From an uncultured Actinomycetota bacterium (GTDB lineage: Bacteria > Actinomycetota > Actinomycetes > Actinomycetales > Dermatophilaceae), in contig CAWDNY010000011.1 of assembly GCA_963803695.1 (NCBI GenBank), forward strand, positions 159,504-223,503: 64,000 bases of DNA, in the 5' to 3' direction. The position numbers were made by a program, and so were the translations under genes. Below the pieces are notes generated by a model that did not search any database, had not been told where the DNA came from, and saw only the letters and a program-made list of their open reading frames with translations. Below, piece by piece: positions 27,716-38,800 of this stretch; positions within the stretch are counted from its first letter, which is position 1; each line of letters begins with the position of its first letter.

Positions 27716-28531
27716 TCAGCTGCGAAATTCTGCTGAACCGCCGGAGGGGCCCGGTCCTAATGCCCCGGCCGCTGACGCACTGAGGTCAACGGGTTTGCAG
27801 ACCGCCGAAGGCTGACCGGCTGTCCGTCGGGATGGGCCGCCAGCGAGTGACACAGGTCGCCGCGGCTCGTTCTCGAATCGGAAGCCAACCCCTCGCACTG
27901 TGATGATGTGTTGAGGGTCGCGTGGGTCCTCATCCAGCTTGCGACGTAACAATGAAATGTGCATGTCCAAGGTCCTGGACGGCCCGCCGACGCCTCCCCA
28001 GACCTCTGCCATCAACGCTTCCCGGGTGACGACGTGGCCCTTCTCACGCAGCAACACCCGTAGCAGGTCGAATTCCATTGTTGGCAGCGAAAGTTCGTCC
28101 CCGTTGAAGAAGGCGAGACGCGCCTTCGCGTCCAAGGTGATGGGCATCTCGCTCACCCACGGAGTTTCATCGACTCGCCTAAGCAGCGCTCGCACCCGAG
28201 CTAGCAGCACCGCGACCTGGAACGGTTTAGTGACGTACGCATTTGCCCCGGCATCCAGGCCAACCACCATATCGACTTCGCCATCTCGCGCGGTGAGAAC
28301 GAGTATGGGCTCGCTGACACCGTCTTGGCGCATCCGCTGACATAGGTCCACGCCGTCCAGGTCAGGATACTTCAGGTCCACTATGATCAGGTCGTGGACC
28401 TGCCGTATCGCCCGGGTGAGTCCCACTACCCCCCGGGACTCGGTTTCCACCGCGTGGCCCTCGCGGCTTAGAACTTGAGCCAGGGGCTCAGAGAGGGCCG
28501 CGTCGTCGGTGATCAGAAATATTGAACTCAC
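27716..28531 (-). CDS. OmpR/PhoB-family response regulator (no kinase adjacent; start uncertain)
   Basis: FLITDD, IIVDLKYP, VLTAR, GLDAGANAYVTKPF, RTLDMHISLLRRKL, ITVRGVGFRFE. Confidence 0.88.
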   Translation of the reverse strand: MSSIFLITDDAALSEPLAQVLSREGHAVETESRGVVGLTRAIRQVHDLIIVDLKYPDLDGVDLCQRMRQDGVSEPILVLTARDGEVDMVVGLDAGANAYVTKPFQVAVLLARVRALLRRVDETPWVSEMPITLDAKARLAFFNGDELSLPTMEFDLLRVLLREKGHVVTREALMAEVWGGVGGPSRTLDMHISLLRRKLDEDPRDPQHIITVRGVGFRFENEPRRPVSLAGGPSRRTAGQPSAVCKPVDLSASAAGALGPGPSGGSAEFRS

Positions 28532-28807
28532 ATTTTCACGACCCATCCACGGTTGGACGAGTGACCCAACCTCTTTACAATGTACACCACGGATAACATT
28601 CCCCGGCCACAACTAGCACTGCTGTCGACCTCGGCGGCGAATGACGTCCGGCTCCGCCTGACGGTGCGCTCTGACGCGTGGAGGAACGCCATTTCTCAGC
28701 CGCACTCTTCGAGTCACGTGTGAGTTCAGGCTCGACCCTCAGCCCAACCATCGAGAAGTGACTGGATTCTTCTCAGAGGCCTTCGCGTGATGGATATCAC
28801 GTCTTTC

Positions 28808-31039
28808 CTATTCCGCGTAGCGGCGCAGCCGAAGACTATTCAGCACCACGATGATGCTGGAGGCGGCCATCGCTCCGCCGGCGATCATCGGATTCAGCAA
28901 TCCGAACGCGGCCAGGGGGATCGCCGCCGTGTTGTATCCGAACGCCCACGCCAGGTTTTGCTTGATGATCCGCAACGTATGCCGGGAGAGGCCGATGGCG
29001 GTGACGACGGAGTCGACGTCGGAGCGCATCAGCACGATGTCGGCGGACTCCATGGCGACATCGGTGCCCGATCCCATGGCCATCCCGAGGTCGGCCTGCG
29101 CGAGAGCGGCGGCGTCGTTCACGCCGTCGCCAACCATGGCCACGACCCGTCCTTGCTGCTGTAGGGCGGCCACCGCGGCGTGCTTGTCTTGGGGCAACAC
29201 GCCGGCCGTGACGTGCGCAGGCTCGATGCCGACCTGTTTGCCCACGGCTCGGGCCGTCGCCTCACTGTCACCAGTCAGCAGGTGCGGGGTCAGCCCGAGG
29301 TCGCGAAGTCCCCTGATGGCGGCAGCGCTCGTCGGGCGGGTCTCATCGGCCACCGTCAGGGCGGCGCGAGCCTGCCCGCCCCAGCCGAGCAGGACGGTGG
29401 TGCCCGGCATACCGAATGCCGTATGCAGCGCCTCTGGGACGTCGTCGAAGAGGTCTGGTTTGCCCACCGTGACCTCGGTGTCCTTGATCTTTGCGGTGGC
29501 ACCTTGGCCAGGCAGGTTGGTGAACCCACTTGCGTCGGGGACGGCCAGCGAACGGCTCTGTGCAGCGTCGACGATCGCGCGGGCGATGGGGTGCTCGGAG
29601 CCGCTCTCGACCGCCGCTGCAGCAGTCAGGGCTGCGTCTTCGGTCAGCCGGCCCGAAGTGGTGATCGCGGTCAGCGTGGCCTGGCCAGTGGTGATGGTGC
29701 CGGTCTTGTCGAGCACGACGGTGTCGACACGTCGGGTGCTCTCCAGGATCTGTGGTCCCTTGATGAGCACCCCGAGTTGCGCCCCTCGACCGGTGCCGGT
29801 CAGTAGCGCTGTCGGGGTCGCCAGGCCGAGGGCACACGGGCAGGCGATGATCAGCACTGCAACAGCGGGCTCGATGCTTTGGCCAAGGTCGTTGCCCGTC
29901 AAGAGCCACGCGATCAGCGTGAGCATTGCGATGACCAAGACGACCGGGACGAAGACGGCGGAGACGCGGTCGGCCAGCCGTTGCACGGGCGCCCGCCCGG
30001 TCTGGGCATCTTCGACCAGCCGGGTGATCTGAGCCAGGGTGGTGTCTGAGCCCACGCGAGTGGCCTCGACCGTCAGACGACCGTGGGCATTGACCGTTGC
30101 GCCGGTGACCCGGTCTCCCTTGCTGACGTCGACCGGGGCGGATTCGCCGGTGACCATGCTGGTGTCCAGGGCGCTGCTGCCGTCGATGACCACCCCGTCG
30201 GTGGCGATCTTTTCGCCTGGACGGACGACGAACCGCATACCGACCTCGAGGTCGTCAGTGGCGATGCGTTCCTCGCGCCAGGCACCACTGCGGGGATCAT
30301 TGCGCAGGATTGCGACGTCTTTGGCCCCGAGGTGCAGCAGCGAGGTCAACGCCGAGCGACCCGAGGCCTTTGCGCGGGACTCGAAATAGCGGCCGATCAG
30401 CAAGAACGAGGTGACGATCGCTGCGGTCTCGAAGTAGAGATGCCCGGTGAAACCGCTGAGCACCGCCACCACCGACCAGCCATACGCAGCGGTGACGCCG
30501 ATTGAGACCAGCGTGTCCATGGTGGAGGCGCCGTGGCGGGCGTTGATGGCTGCGGCTCGGTGGAACGGCCAGGCCGCCCACAGGTAGACCGGGGTGGTCA
30601 GGGCGAATTGCAACCACGGGTTGGCCGCGCCGGTGGCCTCACGGATCGGCGGCACCATGGCCAGGAGCAAGACGATGACGGCCAGCGTCGTGGCCACGAT
30701 GGCCCGCAGGCGCAGCGCCGCGTCGCCGATCAGGTCGTGATTCACGTGGTCGTGCTGCATCCCGTCGGCGGGCGTTTCGTCGTATGCCGCCTCGTCACGC
30801 TTCGACTGTGCTGCGACGGGTGAAGCGGTGTATCCCGTCTTGGCCACGGTGGCGAGCAGGTCCTGCACGGTGTGCGGGTCGGCATACGTGACCCGGGCCT
30901 TCTCGGTGGCGAGGTTCACCGTGGCCTCGACGCCGTCCAGCGCGTTGAGTTTCTTCTCAACCCGAGAGACGCACGAGGCGCAGGTCATCCCCTCGATGTC
31001 GAGGTCGACCCGGTGGGATTGGCTTGTAGAAGTGGTCAT
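28808..31039 (-). CDS. copA: Cu(I)-type heavy-metal P1B ATPase
   Basis: GMTCASC HMA domain, [36 protein letters not shown]. Confidence 0.93.
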   Translation of the reverse strand: MTTSTSQSHRVDLDIEGMTCASCVSRVEKKLNALDGVEATVNLATEKARVTYADPHTVQDLLATVAKTGYTASPVAAQSKRDEAAYDETPADGMQHDHVNHDLIGDAALRLRAIVATTLAVIVLLLAMVPPIREATGAANPWLQFALTTPVYLWAAWPFHRAAAINARHGASTMDTLVSIGVTAAYGWSVVAVLSGFTGHLYFETAAIVTSFLLIGRYFESRAKASGRSALTSLLHLGAKDVAILRNDPRSGAWREERIATDDLEVGMRFVVRPGEKIATDGVVIDGSSALDTSMVTGESAPVDVSKGDRVTGATVNAHGRLTVEATRVGSDTTLAQITRLVEDAQTGRAPVQRLADRVSAVFVPVVLVIAMLTLIAWLLTGNDLGQSIEPAVAVLIIACPCALGLATPTALLTGTGRGAQLGVLIKGPQILESTRRVDTVVLDKTGTITTGQATLTAITTSGRLTEDAALTAAAAVESGSEHPIARAIVDAAQSRSLAVPDASGFTNLPGQGATAKIKDTEVTVGKPDLFDDVPEALHTAFGMPGTTVLLGWGGQARAALTVADETRPTSAAAIRGLRDLGLTPHLLTGDSEATARAVGKQVGIEPAHVTAGVLPQDKHAAVAALQQQGRVVAMVGDGVNDAAALAQADLGMAMGSGTDVAMESADIVLMRSDVDSVVTAIGLSRHTLRIIKQNLAWAFGYNTAAIPLAAFGLLNPMIAGGAMAASSIIVVLNSLRLRRYAE

Positions 31040-31078
31040 GACTCCTTCTTGCAGTGCTGCTGGCTGGGTGTGGCGAGG

Positions 31079-31360
31079 CTAGCTGCGGACGAGGCGGGCG
31101 ATCGCGGCCGACGCCTCGCTCACTTTGGCGGCAGCCGCCTCGTCCGACTCGCGGGCGGCGTCGACCACGCAGTGGCTGATGTGTTCCTCGAGCAAACTGA
31201 GGCTCACCGCCTGCAAGGCCTTGGTTGCGGCGCTGACTTGAGTCAGGACGTCGACGCAATAGGTGTCTTGATCGACCATGCGAGCAATCCCGCGGACCTG
31301 ACCCTCGATGCGGGCCAGCCGCTTCAGTTGGTCTTGCTTGATGTCGCTATAGCCGGGCAT
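31079..31360 (-). CDS. csoR: CsoR/RcnR metal-sensing repressor
   Basis: LKRLARIEGQVRGIARMV, YCVDVLTQV, HISHCV (C-H-C ligand set). Confidence 0.92.
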   Translation of the reverse strand: MPGYSDIKQDQLKRLARIEGQVRGIARMVDQDTYCVDVLTQVSAATKALQAVSLSLLEEHISHCVVDAARESDEAAAAKVSEASAAIARLVRS

Positions 31361-31376
31361 GGTCATACTCGCAACA

Positions 31377-31393
31377 ATACCCCCAGGGGGTGT
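31377..31393. promoter_or_regulatory. CsoR operator
   Basis: ATACCCCC-A-GGGGGTGT near-palindrome with C/G tracts, just upstream of csoR. Confidence 0.75.
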
Positions 31394-31583
31394 GATACTC
31401 CCGCTAGGCCAGCGATGCCGATTCGTGCTCGGCTACGGCTCCACAGTGCTCCACCGTGGGAAAGGGCTCGTTGAAGGGTGCAGCAACTCTTTCCACACCA
31501 CGTATTCGGCGGACTTTCCGAAGCCCTCGGTATGGGCCGCGACGCTGTCCGGGGGCGGATGGGGAGGAGCACGTGTTCAAGGA

Positions 31584-32003
31584 TCATGGGGCAGGCTCGA
31601 ATTCGCAGAAACTCTCGTAGTGGTCCTGCGTGAAGAACCACCCTTCGGGTTCGTCGGCATCCATGCCGCCGGTGACGATGCGTCGAGCACCTCGATGGTC
31701 CAGGCCAGGCGTCTCAACGGTGTATTCACTGTAGTAGCCGCGCCCCTCGTCAGGCAGCTCGCCCTCATAGTTGCCGAACGTTCCGCCGTCCTCGCCCGGG
31801 TAGTCGTACGGGCCGCCTGCCTCAATGTCCTCGATGATGACCAGCGTCGTGGCCGGAAGGTCCTCGAGCGCGCAGTCTGGCCCGAGTTGGGCCGACTCTT
31901 CATCGCTGGCGGGCAGGGCGTTCTGGACGTACTGCAGCACGAGGTAGGCCACAAACACCAGTGCGCAGATCACCAGCACCTGCCGAGCGAGCCTATTCTT
32001 CAT
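31584..32003 (-). CDS. Guanyl-specific ribonuclease (N1/T1/Sa/barnase-like) with N-terminal membrane anchor or signal
   Basis: GGPYDYPGEDGGTFGNYEGELP, YYSEYTVETPG, RGARRIVTG, FFTQDHYESF. Confidence 0.9.
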   Translation of the reverse strand: MKNRLARQVLVICALVFVAYLVLQYVQNALPASDEESAQLGPDCALEDLPATTLVIIEDIEAGGPYDYPGEDGGTFGNYEGELPDEGRGYYSEYTVETPGLDHRGARRIVTGGMDADEPEGWFFTQDHYESFCEFEPAP

Positions 32004-32388
32004 CGAGCCCTGCCGTGTCGAGGTAGGTCTTCGCCAGCCGCTTGGGGGCCTTGGTCAGCCACGACTCGGCCATCAACTCCGCGAGTTCCTCAGCTGGAAT
32101 CCGGTCCAGATGGATCAAGATCATCCGACTCCTCGCAAAGTGATCAGTGGTCATGAAGTAGCCGGAGTCGTCCTGCGCCAACTGCATTTTCGTCTCCTCG
32201 TTCTCGACCTACACCACGATGAGGCCTTCTATCGGCTCACCGGCATCGTCCACCGCGTCGGGCCGAGGGCCCCGGTCGAGCACAAACCTGGTGTCCTTCA
32301 CCTGCACAGCGGGGCGACTCCATGACGTGCCCAGTGAGGTCTGCGGCAGTGCGAGGCCGATCCGCTCGACGTCACTCCACGTGGCCAT
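31993..32388 (-). pseudogene. MmcQ/YjbR-like protein with an in-frame TAG
   Basis: MATWSDVERIGLALP...LIVV*VENEETK...YFMTTDHF...LAELMAESWLTKAPKRLA; TAG at 32209-32211. Confidence 0.75.
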
Positions 32389-32465
32389 GGGGATCGATAT
32401 TAGTGCCCGACCCGTTAACCTCAATGGCTACGAGAGTGTGGAGGGTCGAGAGCGTGGAGGGCAGT

Positions 32466-32807
32466 GTGCGGCGACTTCTACCGACAGCTGTGGTCAGTAG
32501 TGCCCTGCTGGTGGGCTGTGGGGCGGAAGAGCCCAGGATCATCGAGCTCTACGGGCAGCCGAATTCGCGCTTGGTGGAGGCCGTCGTCAACACCTGCAAC
32601 CAGCATCCGCGTCTTTTGGCCGAGGAGTCGCCCGAGCAGGTCATCGTGACCCTGATTGTGAACGACCTCAATTTCGCTCGCGGCGAGTGCGCAGACGGTG
32701 CGGTCGTGACCCTTGTTGATCCGCTGGGGGAGCGTCCGGTCATCGATGGGGCGACCGGGGAGCCGCTGAACGTCTTGCCATCGGGCACCAACAACCCGCG
32801 CCCCTGA
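32466..32807 (+). CDS. Hypothetical lipoprotein
   Basis: VRRLLPTAVVSSALLVGC lipobox; CNQHP and ECADG motifs; start inferred. Confidence 0.6.
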   Translation: MRRLLPTAVVSSALLVGCGAEEPRIIELYGQPNSRLVEAVVNTCNQHPRLLAEESPEQVIVTLIVNDLNFARGECADGAVVTLVDPLGERPVIDGATGEPLNVLPSGTNNPRP

Positions 32808-32902
32808 ACGCCAGACACCATCCACCCGATGACCGAAGTGCGCGCACTCAGCGCGTTGGCATCGTGCATTGGCGAGCACAACGGTCATCGGTGTGCGTGA
32901 GC

Positions 32903-34306
32903 TCAGGTGAGGTGCTCGACCAGTGTCGGCGCTAGTCCGACGTAACCCCGCGGGGTCATCGCCACCAGCCGCTGCTCTTCGTCATTCGGCAGACCTAAGC
33001 CGAGCACGAATTCGCGCAGATCTTCCCCATCGATGCGACGTCCACGGGTCAGGTCTTTGAGCCGGTCGTAGGGATTGGTCATGCCATCGATCCCAGCGGC
33101 CGCAAGCGCCCGCATCACCGACTGAATGGGCTCAGCCAGAACCTCCCAGTTGGCGTCGAGGTCAGCAGCCATCGAGTCGGGGTTGGCGTCGAGCCCAGCC
33201 AGTCCGCGACCGGCGTTGTCGATGGCGAGCAGCGAGTGGCCCAAGGCCGTGCCGACGTTGCGCTGCATAGAGGAGTCAGTGAGGTCGCGCTGCAGCCGTG
33301 AGGTCACCAACGTGGAGGCGAGCACGTCCAGCAGAGCGTTGGACACCTCGAGGTTGGCTTCGGCGTTCTCGAATCGGATCGGGTTGACCTTGTGCGGCAT
33401 GGTCGAGGACCCGACCGTGCCCTGGCCGCGCACCTGAGCGAAGTAGCCCATCGAGATGTAGGACCACAGATCGGTGCACAAGTTGTGCAGCACGCGATTG
33501 AAGCGTGCCAGGTCGGCATACACCTCGGCTTGCCAGTCGTGACTCTCGATTTGTGTGGTCAAGGGGTTCCAGGTGAGTCCGAGCCCGCTGACGAAATCCT
33601 GAGAGATCTGCTGCCAGTCGGCCCCAGGGACGGCAGCCAGGTGAGCGCCGTAGGTGCCGGTGGCGCCGTTGAACTTGCCGAGGTATTCGGCACCTTCGAT
33701 CCGGCGCACTTGCCGCTGGAGCCGGTGGGCCAGGACAGCCAACTCCTTGCCCATGGTCGTGGGCGTGGCTGGCTGCCCGTGCGTGTGCGCCAACAGAGGT
33801 ATGCCGGCCAGCTCGCGAGCCATGCCGCTCACCTGGGCGATGAGCTGCTGCGCGGCGGGGAGCCAGACCTGCGTGATTGCGCCCTTGATCATGAGGCCGT
33901 AGGAGAGGTTGTTGATGTCCTCGGAGGTGCACGCGAAGTGCACCAACTCGGCCAGATCGTCGCGTCCATCGAGGCGGTCGGTCAGTTGTAGCCGCAGGAA
34001 GAGCTCGATTGCTTTGACGTCGTGCACCGTCACGGCCTCGATCGCCGCCAAGTCGGCGATGGTGTCGGCATCGAAGTCCTCGATCAGACCGCGCAGCTGG
34101 GTCTGCTCCTGCGCGCTCAGGGTGCCTGCTCCTGGGACGACGGCGTGCCGCGTGAGATGGATCAACCACTCGATCTCGACGTGCAGCCGCTGGCGGTTGA
34201 GCGCGGGCTCAGAGAGGTGCTCGACCAAGGGGCCGACGGCCTCGCGATAGCGGCCGTCGAGGGCACCGAGGGCAAGCGGAGGCGAGACGTCACAAAGGGA
34301 GGCCAT
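32903..34306 (-). CDS. purB: Adenylosuccinate lyase
   Basis: ALDGRY, TVHDVKAIE, HFACTSEDINN, THGQPATPTT, KFNGATG, SSTMPHKVNPIRFENAE. Confidence 0.96.
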   Translation of the reverse strand: MASLCDVSPPLALGALDGRYREAVGPLVEHLSEPALNRQRLHVEIEWLIHLTRHAVVPGAGTLSAQEQTQLRGLIEDFDADTIADLAAIEAVTVHDVKAIELFLRLQLTDRLDGRDDLAELVHFACTSEDINNLSYGLMIKGAITQVWLPAAQQLIAQVSGMARELAGIPLLAHTHGQPATPTTMGKELAVLAHRLQRQVRRIEGAEYLGKFNGATGTYGAHLAAVPGADWQQISQDFVSGLGLTWNPLTTQIESHDWQAEVYADLARFNRVLHNLCTDLWSYISMGYFAQVRGQGTVGSSTMPHKVNPIRFENAEANLEVSNALLDVLASTLVTSRLQRDLTDSSMQRNVGTALGHSLLAIDNAGRGLAGLDANPDSMAADLDANWEVLAEPIQSVMRALAAAGIDGMTNPYDRLKDLTRGRRIDGEDLREFVLGLGLPNDEEQRLVAMTPRGYVGLAPTLVEHLT

Positions 34307-34354
34307 GGGTTTATCTTCCCAGAGTCGCTATCTTCCCAGGACCTCCAAGCAGAG

Positions 34355-34720
34355 CTACGTATTGGAGTTTGGGTCCTTGGCTTCGGCTTCAAGGTAAGCA
34401 TCGGTCTGCTGGTCACGCTCGGCACGGGCGGCCAACACGGCGTCTTCGGCGCGTTGTTCCAAGGCGCGGGCCCGGCCCTCGGCGCGATCAGCTTCTTCTT
34501 GGGCGGCGATGGCGTCTTGACGGGCCAGCGCGGCTGCATCGCGCAGCTCCTTTGCTGATGCCTCCTGGCCGGCGATGCGCGGATCATCGGCCAGGGCTTT
34601 CTCTCGCAGTCGGGCAGCCTCCTTGCGCGCCGCAGATCTCCTCATGGCCAATAGGATCACCACCGCGACGATGAGCACCGCTGCTGCTACCAACCACCAC
34701 ACCCAGGCGTTGTCGCCCAT
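34355..34720 (-). CDS. Hypothetical single-TM coiled-coil protein
   Basis: WVWWLVAAAVLIVAVVILL followed by an Ala/Glu/Arg-rich helix. Confidence 0.6.
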   Translation of the reverse strand: MGDNAWVWWLVAAAVLIVAVVILLAMRRSAARKEAARLREKALADDPRIAGQEASAKELRDAAALARQDAIAAQEEADRAEGRARALEQRAEDAVLAARAERDQQTDAYLEAEAKDPNSNT

Positions 34721-34769
34721 GACGCATCCTCCAACTCGTAGTCCTCCGCTCAGACTAGGCCGCAAACTC

Positions 34770-34818
34770 TTGGCCTGTGCACCTATGCCGTTGGGACGAC
34801 ACTTCTGCCCAGGCTAAG
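34770..34818. repeat. REP-like family B, divergent copy
   Basis: Shares the ends ttggcctgtgc...caggctaag with 55566-55617. Confidence 0.55.
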
Positions 34819-34922
34819 GCGGCAACTCGTCGAGGGTCCAGCCCCGCGAGCAGTTCGGCGCTGGCATCGACGATCTGCTGTTGAGCCTCGGCTCTTGAAA
34901 TGGTCGGCATACCGTCGCCGGG

Positions 34923-35792
34923 TTAGTCGCCGTAGTCACCGAAGAACGCGTGTGTAGCCCCTTCGACCTCAACGAAGGTGGCGTCGGCCGGCAAGTCTGG
35001 CTCGCTCGCGTCGATGTCGCTGGGCACCGCCAGTCCGTCTTCGCTGCCGGAGACCGACGTGACCGTGAGGTTCGTGTCGGCCAGTGACCCCAGCGGGTAG
35101 GACGCCCACAGCAGCAGCGCCCTGACCTGCTCGGGGTCGCTCTCGGCATACGAGGATGCGGCCACCCCGCCCAGACTGTGCCCGCCCACAGCCCAGTGGG
35201 TAATGCTCTTCTGTTCTTCGATGATCCGTGCGGGGGCGTTCACGGCGGCGAAGCCGATGCCGAACGGTTGCTTGACGATCGTGACCTCGTATCCCTGACT
35301 GGCCAGGCCGCTGAGGATTGGCACGTAGGCGCGCGGGTCGACGCGAGCACCGGGCTGGCTGAAGATCAGACCGGTCCCGGAAGCGCTGCCGCTCGATGTG
35401 CCAGCCAGGGTGATGGTGGTCGGGGCGTCGCTGACGGTGACCTCGGCTGAGCCGTCCATTGCGTCGATGGCCTCTTGTGACGCGCTGAAGGGCCGCAGAT
35501 AGATCATCGCGCCGAGCACCGCAACGCTGAGCAACACCGCCGAGGCACGAATGACGATCAGGACCCAGGTGCGCCGCTTCTTCAACCTTGTGCGGTTGCG
35601 CATATCACGCCGACCGTAGGCGACTAAGACGATGCCGGCGATCGCACAGGCCACCAAGGTCACGGCGTGGGCGGGATGCCCAGCGATCAGCACCCCCGCT
35701 CGGGTGACCCACGACCAGACCGCGACCCCAAGCCATAGTGCACCGAGGCCGATGCGCCACCAACCACGTCGGCTTCCCGGTGTCTGAGCCAT
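34923..35792 (-). pseudogene. Membrane-anchored alpha/beta hydrolase, C-terminus cut by a nonsense codon
   Basis: PGARVDPRAY, GGHSLGG, LWASY, SEDGL, HAFFGDYGD*PGDGMPTISRAEAQQQI; family-like sequence continues past TAA at 34923-34925. Confidence 0.7.
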
Positions 35793-35836
35793 GGAGCCAA
35801 TCGTCACACGCCAGGGTGACCCGCTCGCGTCCGCGC

Positions 35837-38800
35837 TCAGCGCGGGGTCGGCTGGCGACGGTCCAGCGGGCGCGTGGAGAAGCCGGTCCACGGCAGGGGT
35901 CGGTGGCTGACCGCAACGACGATGGGTATGCCGGCCGCTGACAACCCATCGAGCGCGCGCTCGGCGGTGGTGTCATCCAGGTGAGCGGTGGGCTCGTCGA
36001 GCAGCACGATCGGCCGACCCGACAAGAAGGCCCGAGCCATCGACAGCCGGGCACGTTCGCCACCGGAGACCCCGGCGATCGGGGTGTCCAGACCGCGTGG
36101 CAACCCGGCCAACCAGCGGCCTAAGTCGACGGCGTCCAGCGCGTTCACCATCGCGTCGTCACACGCCTCCGGAGCGGCTAACCCGAGATTGGCCCGCACC
36201 GTGCCGGCAAACGCGTGCGGCTCGTCGTCCACCATGGCGATCCGGTTCCGCACCGACTCGGCGCTCACGGTCGTCGCGTCCTGCCCGGCTAGCCGATAGA
36301 TCCCCGACAGTGGGTCGAGATGACGGCCGAGGACGGCAAGGGCGGTCGACTTGCCGATGCCGTTGGGCCCGGTCAACTGCACCCGGTCGCCGGTATGCAG
36401 TGGGCCCAGGTCGAATGCGTCGAGGTCGGGTCGGCGAGGGCCTTGTGAGTTGGCGGCCCCGGTTGCGCTGTGAGTCCACGAGGCGCTGAGGTTGTCGAGG
36501 TGGACGGGGGTGACATCGACCTCGACAGCCAGGTCCGGAAGGCCATCGGGCTCAGTCACGGCCGGAGTCTGCTGCAATACCTCAGCCAATCTTGACTCAG
36601 CAGCCCGCGCTCGAGCCCGCGCGCCGCATACCTCTGGCAGTGCCACCCACGCGTCGGCCAAGGCCATCGGGGTCAACGCGACCAATGCGGTCATCGGCGC
36701 GCCGAGGTCGCCGGCCGCGAAGGCAGAGGCGGCCAGCACAACGACGGCTGCCGATGTTGCCGCGACCACCAGCCATGCCGCAGCGATGCCGATCGCGCGT
36801 GCCCGGATCAGCCTCATCTCAGCCCGGCCCGTGGCTGCTTGGGCGCAGTCCACACTCTCGACGATGCGCTTCGCCGCAGGTCCAGCCACCGCCTGGATTG
36901 CGGTGATGCGGTGAGTCAAGGTGGTAGCGATCCGCAACACATCGCCACGCGCCCTTACGGCAGAATCCTGGGCCTGACGCTCCGTGCGAAACACGACGTG
37001 ACCGACCAGGCCCGCCGCCACTGCCCCAAACATCACCGCAAGGCCGGCCCACGGCAGCGCAAAACCCACGACCAGCACGGCCACGGCGCTCGCGATCACC
37101 GTCGACCACCAGGGCACCGTCACCCTGACCTGCTCGTCCACGACATCGTCGAGATCACGCACTAGGGCGGTCAGGAAGTCGTTGCGGCTGCCGCGGCCTA
37201 GCCGGGCCGGAGTCAACGGGATAAGCCCGGCATACAGGTCAGCGCGGCGCCGGGCGAGATCGGCCAGCGCCACATCGTGGGAGACAACACGCTCGCCGTA
37301 TCGCAGCACCGGCCGCGCGAGGCCAAACGTGCGCACCCCGACGATGGCTACCAATAACGTGAGCACCACGGGTTGGAAGGAGGCCTGCACGATGAGCCAC
37401 CCCGAGGTCGCGGTCAGCGCCACACCCGAGGCCACGGACAATCCGCCCATGGCACACGCCACGCGCAGTCGAGTTGCTGGTCGCAGCTGCTGCCACCGAC
37501 TCGTGGGCTCGGCGGTCGGCATCGTCGACGAGGACTGGGGAGACCTGAGCGGGACGACGCGCTGCGCGGGTGGCATCAGGCTAGTCGGGAGCGCCCACCG
37601 TGAATCAGCCGTCGCGGCGAGGTCGTGATCGTGGGTGGCTGCGATGACCCGGCGATGGCGCGCGAGCGCGGCGATCACGGAGTAGATCTGTGGCAGCGAC
37701 TCGACGGCGACGTGAGCGGTGGGCTCGTCCAGCAACACGACGGGTTGGGGGCTGAGGAGGGCGCGGGCCAATGCCAGTCGGGTGCGTTGGCCGGCCGACA
37801 GGCCGAAGCCGTCGTCGCCCATCTCGGTATGCAGGCCGTCTCGAATGGACAAGGCGTCCAGCAATCCCACCTCGTTCAGCGCCCACTGGGCTCGTGCGAC
37901 GGTGACGTCCGGGTCGGCGATCTGCAGGTTGTCGAGCACGGTCCCCGCAAGGAGGAGCGGACGTTGGGTCGCCAGGTGTGCAGACGGACAGGTCACGGTG
38001 CCGGACTGCGGCAGCCGCAACCCGGCCAGCACTTCGAGCAGCGTCGTCTTGCCGGTGCCTGATGCGCCGGCCAACACCGTCAGCCCAGGCGAAGCCGACA
38101 CGGTGAGGTCGAGCTCGTGCAGGACTTCGTGGCGGTCGGGATAGGCGTAGCGCAGATTGGCCACCCCCACCGCACCACCGCTGGCTTCACTGCCGTGACT
38201 TGCTGCGCTGCCGTTGCTACCTCGACTACCTGCGTCGCCTGTGCCGAGCGGCGGATCGCCACGGAGATCCTCCCCGAGGCTGTCCATCGTCTCGACCCCA
38301 TCGGCCGCGTTGTGGAACTCCGAGCCCACCCGGCGGATCGGCCAATAGGCCTCCGGCGCGAGCAGGATCGCCATCAGCCCAACCTGCAGATCGATCGTGC
38401 CGTAGGCCAGTCGCAACCCGACCCCGACGGCCACCATTGCCACCGAGATCGTGGCCAACAACTCCAACGCCGCGGTCGACATGAAGGCGGTGCGCAGCGT
38501 CCGCACCGTGGCGCAGCGGTGCCGTTCGCCGACCTCGCGCACCACGTCGACCTGTTGCTCGGCGCGGCCGTAGGCGACCAGGGTCGGCAACCCACGGACC
38601 ACGTCGAGGAAGTGCCCGGACAGTTGAGTCATCGCCGCCCATCGGCGCTGGGTCTCGTCGCGGGTATGCATCCCGATCAGCGCCGCAAAGAGTGGCAACA
38701 GCGGCAAGGTCAGCACCACGATCAGCGCACTCCATACGTCGACGAAGGCCAAGGTCAGCACCGCCAACGCGGGCACCGCCGCAGCCGTGATCAGCGCCGG

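Larger units (their letters stand above)
22577..28800. other. Putative horizontally acquired island (boundaries approximate)
   Basis: Visibly AT-richer stretches outside the IS, an AbiEii remnant, an IS, and no CGGCATAC octamer between 22272 and 28977. Confidence 0.7.

Noticed and set aside
28620-28800. Possible HTH remnant (LHASERTVRR) on the minus strand at the island edge
   Set aside because: Too short, no start context or further homology; could be chance
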